In this document: piece by piece, positions 33,884-35,984 of the stretch
Numbering within the stretch: the stretch's first letter is position 1
Layout of the letters: each line of letters starts with the position of its first letter
Sequence record: PX516787.1
Origin: a phage
Strand: one strand, 5' to 3'
DNA: 35,984 nt
Position numbers and translations under genes: made by a program
Notes under the pieces: generated by a model
Databases searched by the model: none
What the model was told of the DNA's origin: nothing
Seen by the model: only the letters and a program-made list of their open reading frames with translations

Positions 33884-35824
33884 ATGACTACTATCACCAC
33901 TCAAACTATCAAATCCGTTGTTCCTGCTATCACTGCTCTGGTATATCGTGCCAAAGAGAAACAGAACTATATGCAGCCTCAGACTTGTGCTATTGCTGCC
34001 TTAGCCATATTCAAGATGATGACGTCTTTCACTCGTGATGACGTTGTTCCTGCCATTGCGATGGTTGAGCTGGCTTCTGCTTCTATTGCTGATGCCAACC
34101 GCTACAACAACGATTTGAAAGCAATGCACTATGTTGACCCAGCTATCAACCTCATTGGTCTGGCTAAACACTTTGGCTTCATCACCATGAACGAAGATAA
34201 GTCATTCCAACAAACTGACACATGGGTTGAACTGGTTACAACCAAAGACACAGCAGTGCCATTCACTGAGCGTGTTACATCTGAATCTCGTCGCAAGCCT
34301 TTCGTTAAAGGTGGCAAAGTTAAGCCATCCAAGACTCTGAAAGCTGCAATCGAATTCCTGCAAGATACTGAGTACCATGTGGAGACTGAGATGGTTCGCA
34401 TCATTCAGTCCATGCTTGAGCAACGTACTTATGGTGGCTTGCAGATGCCAGAAGCAATCCAGACTGAACTCCATGTTTGGAACAATGCTGTAGCAATGAT
34501 GAATCAGGACACACTGTATTCTGACTACTTTGCTGATAACCGTGGCCGTCTGTATCATGTAGCATGTGCTGGCCCTAACCCACAATCCTCTGACTTTGCT
34601 CGTTGCTTGTATTCTCACAATGTTGAGAACATCGTTAAGAAGTTTAACGAAGATGGTTCTACTACCATTGCATACAACATGTTCATGGCAGAGCTGGAAG
34701 ATATTTCTGGTGGTGAATGGTGCAGTGCTAAACGTTTAACTTATGTTGCTCAGAATCCGGCTGGTTCACTTGCTCGCATGATGAACATGCCTAAAGCTGA
34801 ACGTCCTTCCAAGCCATTCACTTATGTTCGTCTGGCTCTGGATTGGTTCAAGTTTGAGACTATAGGTGAATGCGATTCTCGTGTAGGCTTTGGCTTAGAT
34901 GCTAAATGTTCTGGTACTCAATATCTGGCATTCATTGCTGGTAACATGGAAATGGCTCGTGCTACAGGTCTGGTTGATTCTGAGACTAAAGCATCTGACC
35001 CATACCAGTTGAGTCTCCGTGAACTGTTGAAGCTGCTGGACAAGTCTTCAATGAAGCCATCTCCTGAAATCATGGACGAATTCTTGAATCCGAAATCTGG
35101 TCGTAAGTTTATCAAAACTCCGTACATGGCTATTCAATATGGTGGTGGTAAAGCTGCATTAACTGGTTCATCTGACTTTATCTCCTACATGACAGAAGCT
35201 CTCCAGATTCCTATGGAGAAAGCTGAGGCATTTGCTGAACTGTGTGTAGAAGCAATCCATAACGCATTGGGTGCTAAGATTAACATGTTCATTGAGAAAG
35301 CTGCTGAGGCTGCATACAACCGTTGTGTTGAACTTGGCAAAGAGTACATCACATACCGTCACACTGATGGTCAGGTTGTAATGAAGCCTTGCTTCCCATC
35401 TCGTGAAATCTGTGAGGCATTCAGCATTCGTGTTGACAGCCAAACTCGTGTCATCTTTGGTCAGATTCAGGAGAATAAGCCTTGGACCATTCGTGAATCC
35501 AACCCAACTAAAGAAGAATTCAAGCGTACTTTCGTTGTTAACTACATTCAAGGTATTGATGCACTGGTTGCTCGTACTGTTGCAGTTAAAGCTAAAGAAG
35601 CTGGTCTTCGTGGCTTTACTTCAATCCATGATTGTTTCCGTTGCTGTCTGGCAGATGCTCCACGTATGATGGAAGTTATTCGTGCAGCATATGTTGAAAT
35701 CTTTGTAACCAACAATCAATTCGAGAATCTGTCTAAGCAACTTGGTGGCATTCAGATGTATCATGAGAACATCGTAACCGAAGAGCTTCTGATGAGCGAA
35801 CACGCTTACTACTTCTGTCAATAA
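33884..35824 (+). CDS. single-subunit DNA-dependent RNA polymerase (T7-family), compact (646 aa)
   Basis: GLDAKCSGTQYLAF matches T7 motif A (DGSCSGIQHF); RKFIKTPYMAIQYGGG matches motif B (RSVTKRSVMTLAYGSK); FTSIHDCFRC matches motif C (IHDSFG). GGAG 7 nt upstream of the ATG. Confidence 0.85.
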   Translation: MTTITTQTIKSVVPAITALVYRAKEKQNYMQPQTCAIAALAIFKMMTSFTRDDVVPAIAMVELASASIADANRYNNDLKAMHYVDPAINLIGLAKHFGFITMNEDKSFQQTDTWVELVTTKDTAVPFTERVTSESRRKPFVKGGKVKPSKTLKAAIEFLQDTEYHVETEMVRIIQSMLEQRTYGGLQMPEAIQTELHVWNNAVAMMNQDTLYSDYFADNRGRLYHVACAGPNPQSSDFARCLYSHNVENIVKKFNEDGSTTIAYNMFMAELEDISGGEWCSAKRLTYVAQNPAGSLARMMNMPKAERPSKPFTYVRLALDWFKFETIGECDSRVGFGLDAKCSGTQYLAFIAGNMEMARATGLVDSETKASDPYQLSLRELLKLLDKSSMKPSPEIMDEFLNPKSGRKFIKTPYMAIQYGGGKAALTGSSDFISYMTEALQIPMEKAEAFAELCVEAIHNALGAKINMFIEKAAEAAYNRCVELGKEYITYRHTDGQVVMKPCFPSREICEAFSIRVDSQTRVIFGQIQENKPWTIRESNPTKEEFKRTFVVNYIQGIDALVARTVAVKAKEAGLRGFTSIHDCFRCCLADAPRMMEVIRAAYVEIFVTNNQFENLSKQLGGIQMYHENIVTEELLMSEHAYYFCQ

Positions 35825-35888
35825 CAACTAAGCGCCAAGGATGGCATTAGTTGCATGTGAATCTAATAACCAATTTGGAGACTTTATA

Positions 35889-35984
35889 ATGTTTACAGTG
35901 ACCTTAGTAACCTATTACGGCAAGCAAGTTTGTGAGAAGTTTGAGACTTTAGAAGAAGCGAGAGCTTTTGCAGCTCGTGAAGAG
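35889..35984 (+). CDS. hypothetical protein, 3'-truncated by the window edge
   Basis: ATG at 35889 preceded by TTGGAGACTT, the same motif that precedes the RNAP start. The frame is open to the end of the window (MFTVTLVTYYGKQVCEKFETLEEARAFAAREE...). Confidence 0.4.
   Translation, partial: MFTVTLVTYYGKQVCEKFETLEEARAFAAREE

Noticed and set aside
166-35827. All minus-strand ORFs in the six-frame track (for example 12773-13519 at 248 aa, 5255-5788 at 177 aa, 10564-11055 at 163 aa, 30727-31188 at 153 aa)
   Set aside because: Each lies wholly inside a longer + strand gene that has recognisable motifs, none has a plausible RBS or family signature, and together they would break an otherwise uniform single-strand operon organisation. 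They are treated as antisense noise.
1-35984. CRISPR arrays, integrase or attachment sites, transposon ends
   Set aside because: No regularly spaced repeat-spacer array, no tyrosine or serine recombinase motifs and no terminal inverted repeats were seen. The only repeat cluster (33399-33607) has irregular units and lies in a regulatory context.

Overview
This 35,984-bp window reads as a contiguous segment of a tailed, contractile-tail (myovirus-type) bacteriophage genome, with every convincing gene on the + strand and tightly packed (many ATGA / TAATG stop-start overlaps). Order: a 5'-truncated family A DNA polymerase, then a replication and nucleotide-metabolism cluster (putative SSB, 5'-3' exonuclease, HNH endonuclease, compact ATP-dependent ligase, T4 gp1-like dNMP kinase, dUTPase), then packaging and head genes (large terminase, portal, scaffold/protease, decoration-like protein, major capsid protein), tail genes (sheath, tube, frameshifted chaperone, a 1223-aa tape-measure-position protein), a Mu/P2-like baseplate cluster, three tail-fibre genes, a lysis pair (3-TM holin candidate plus signal-peptide SleB-type endolysin), a host-like nrdB, a 630-bp repeat-rich noncoding region, and a compact T7-family single-subunit RNA polymerase. 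All calls rest on reading the translated ORFs for family motifs recalled from memory; no database search or computation was run. Two -1 programmed frameshift sites are visible directly in the sequence (C_CCA_AAG adding an Ig-like domain to the decoration-like protein; T_TTT_TTC in the tail chaperone). The most unusual items are the tape-measure-position protein, which carries a Rho-N-like helix-hairpin-helix N-terminus, a YqaJ-like PD-(D/E)xK nuclease domain, a Gly-rich tract and a C-terminal lytic transglycosylase domain; the iteron- and palindrome-rich intergenic region upstream of the RNAP gene; and the unusually short (646 aa) RNAP itself. I could not identify the phage by name. No rRNA, tRNA, CRISPR array or transposon was recognised.
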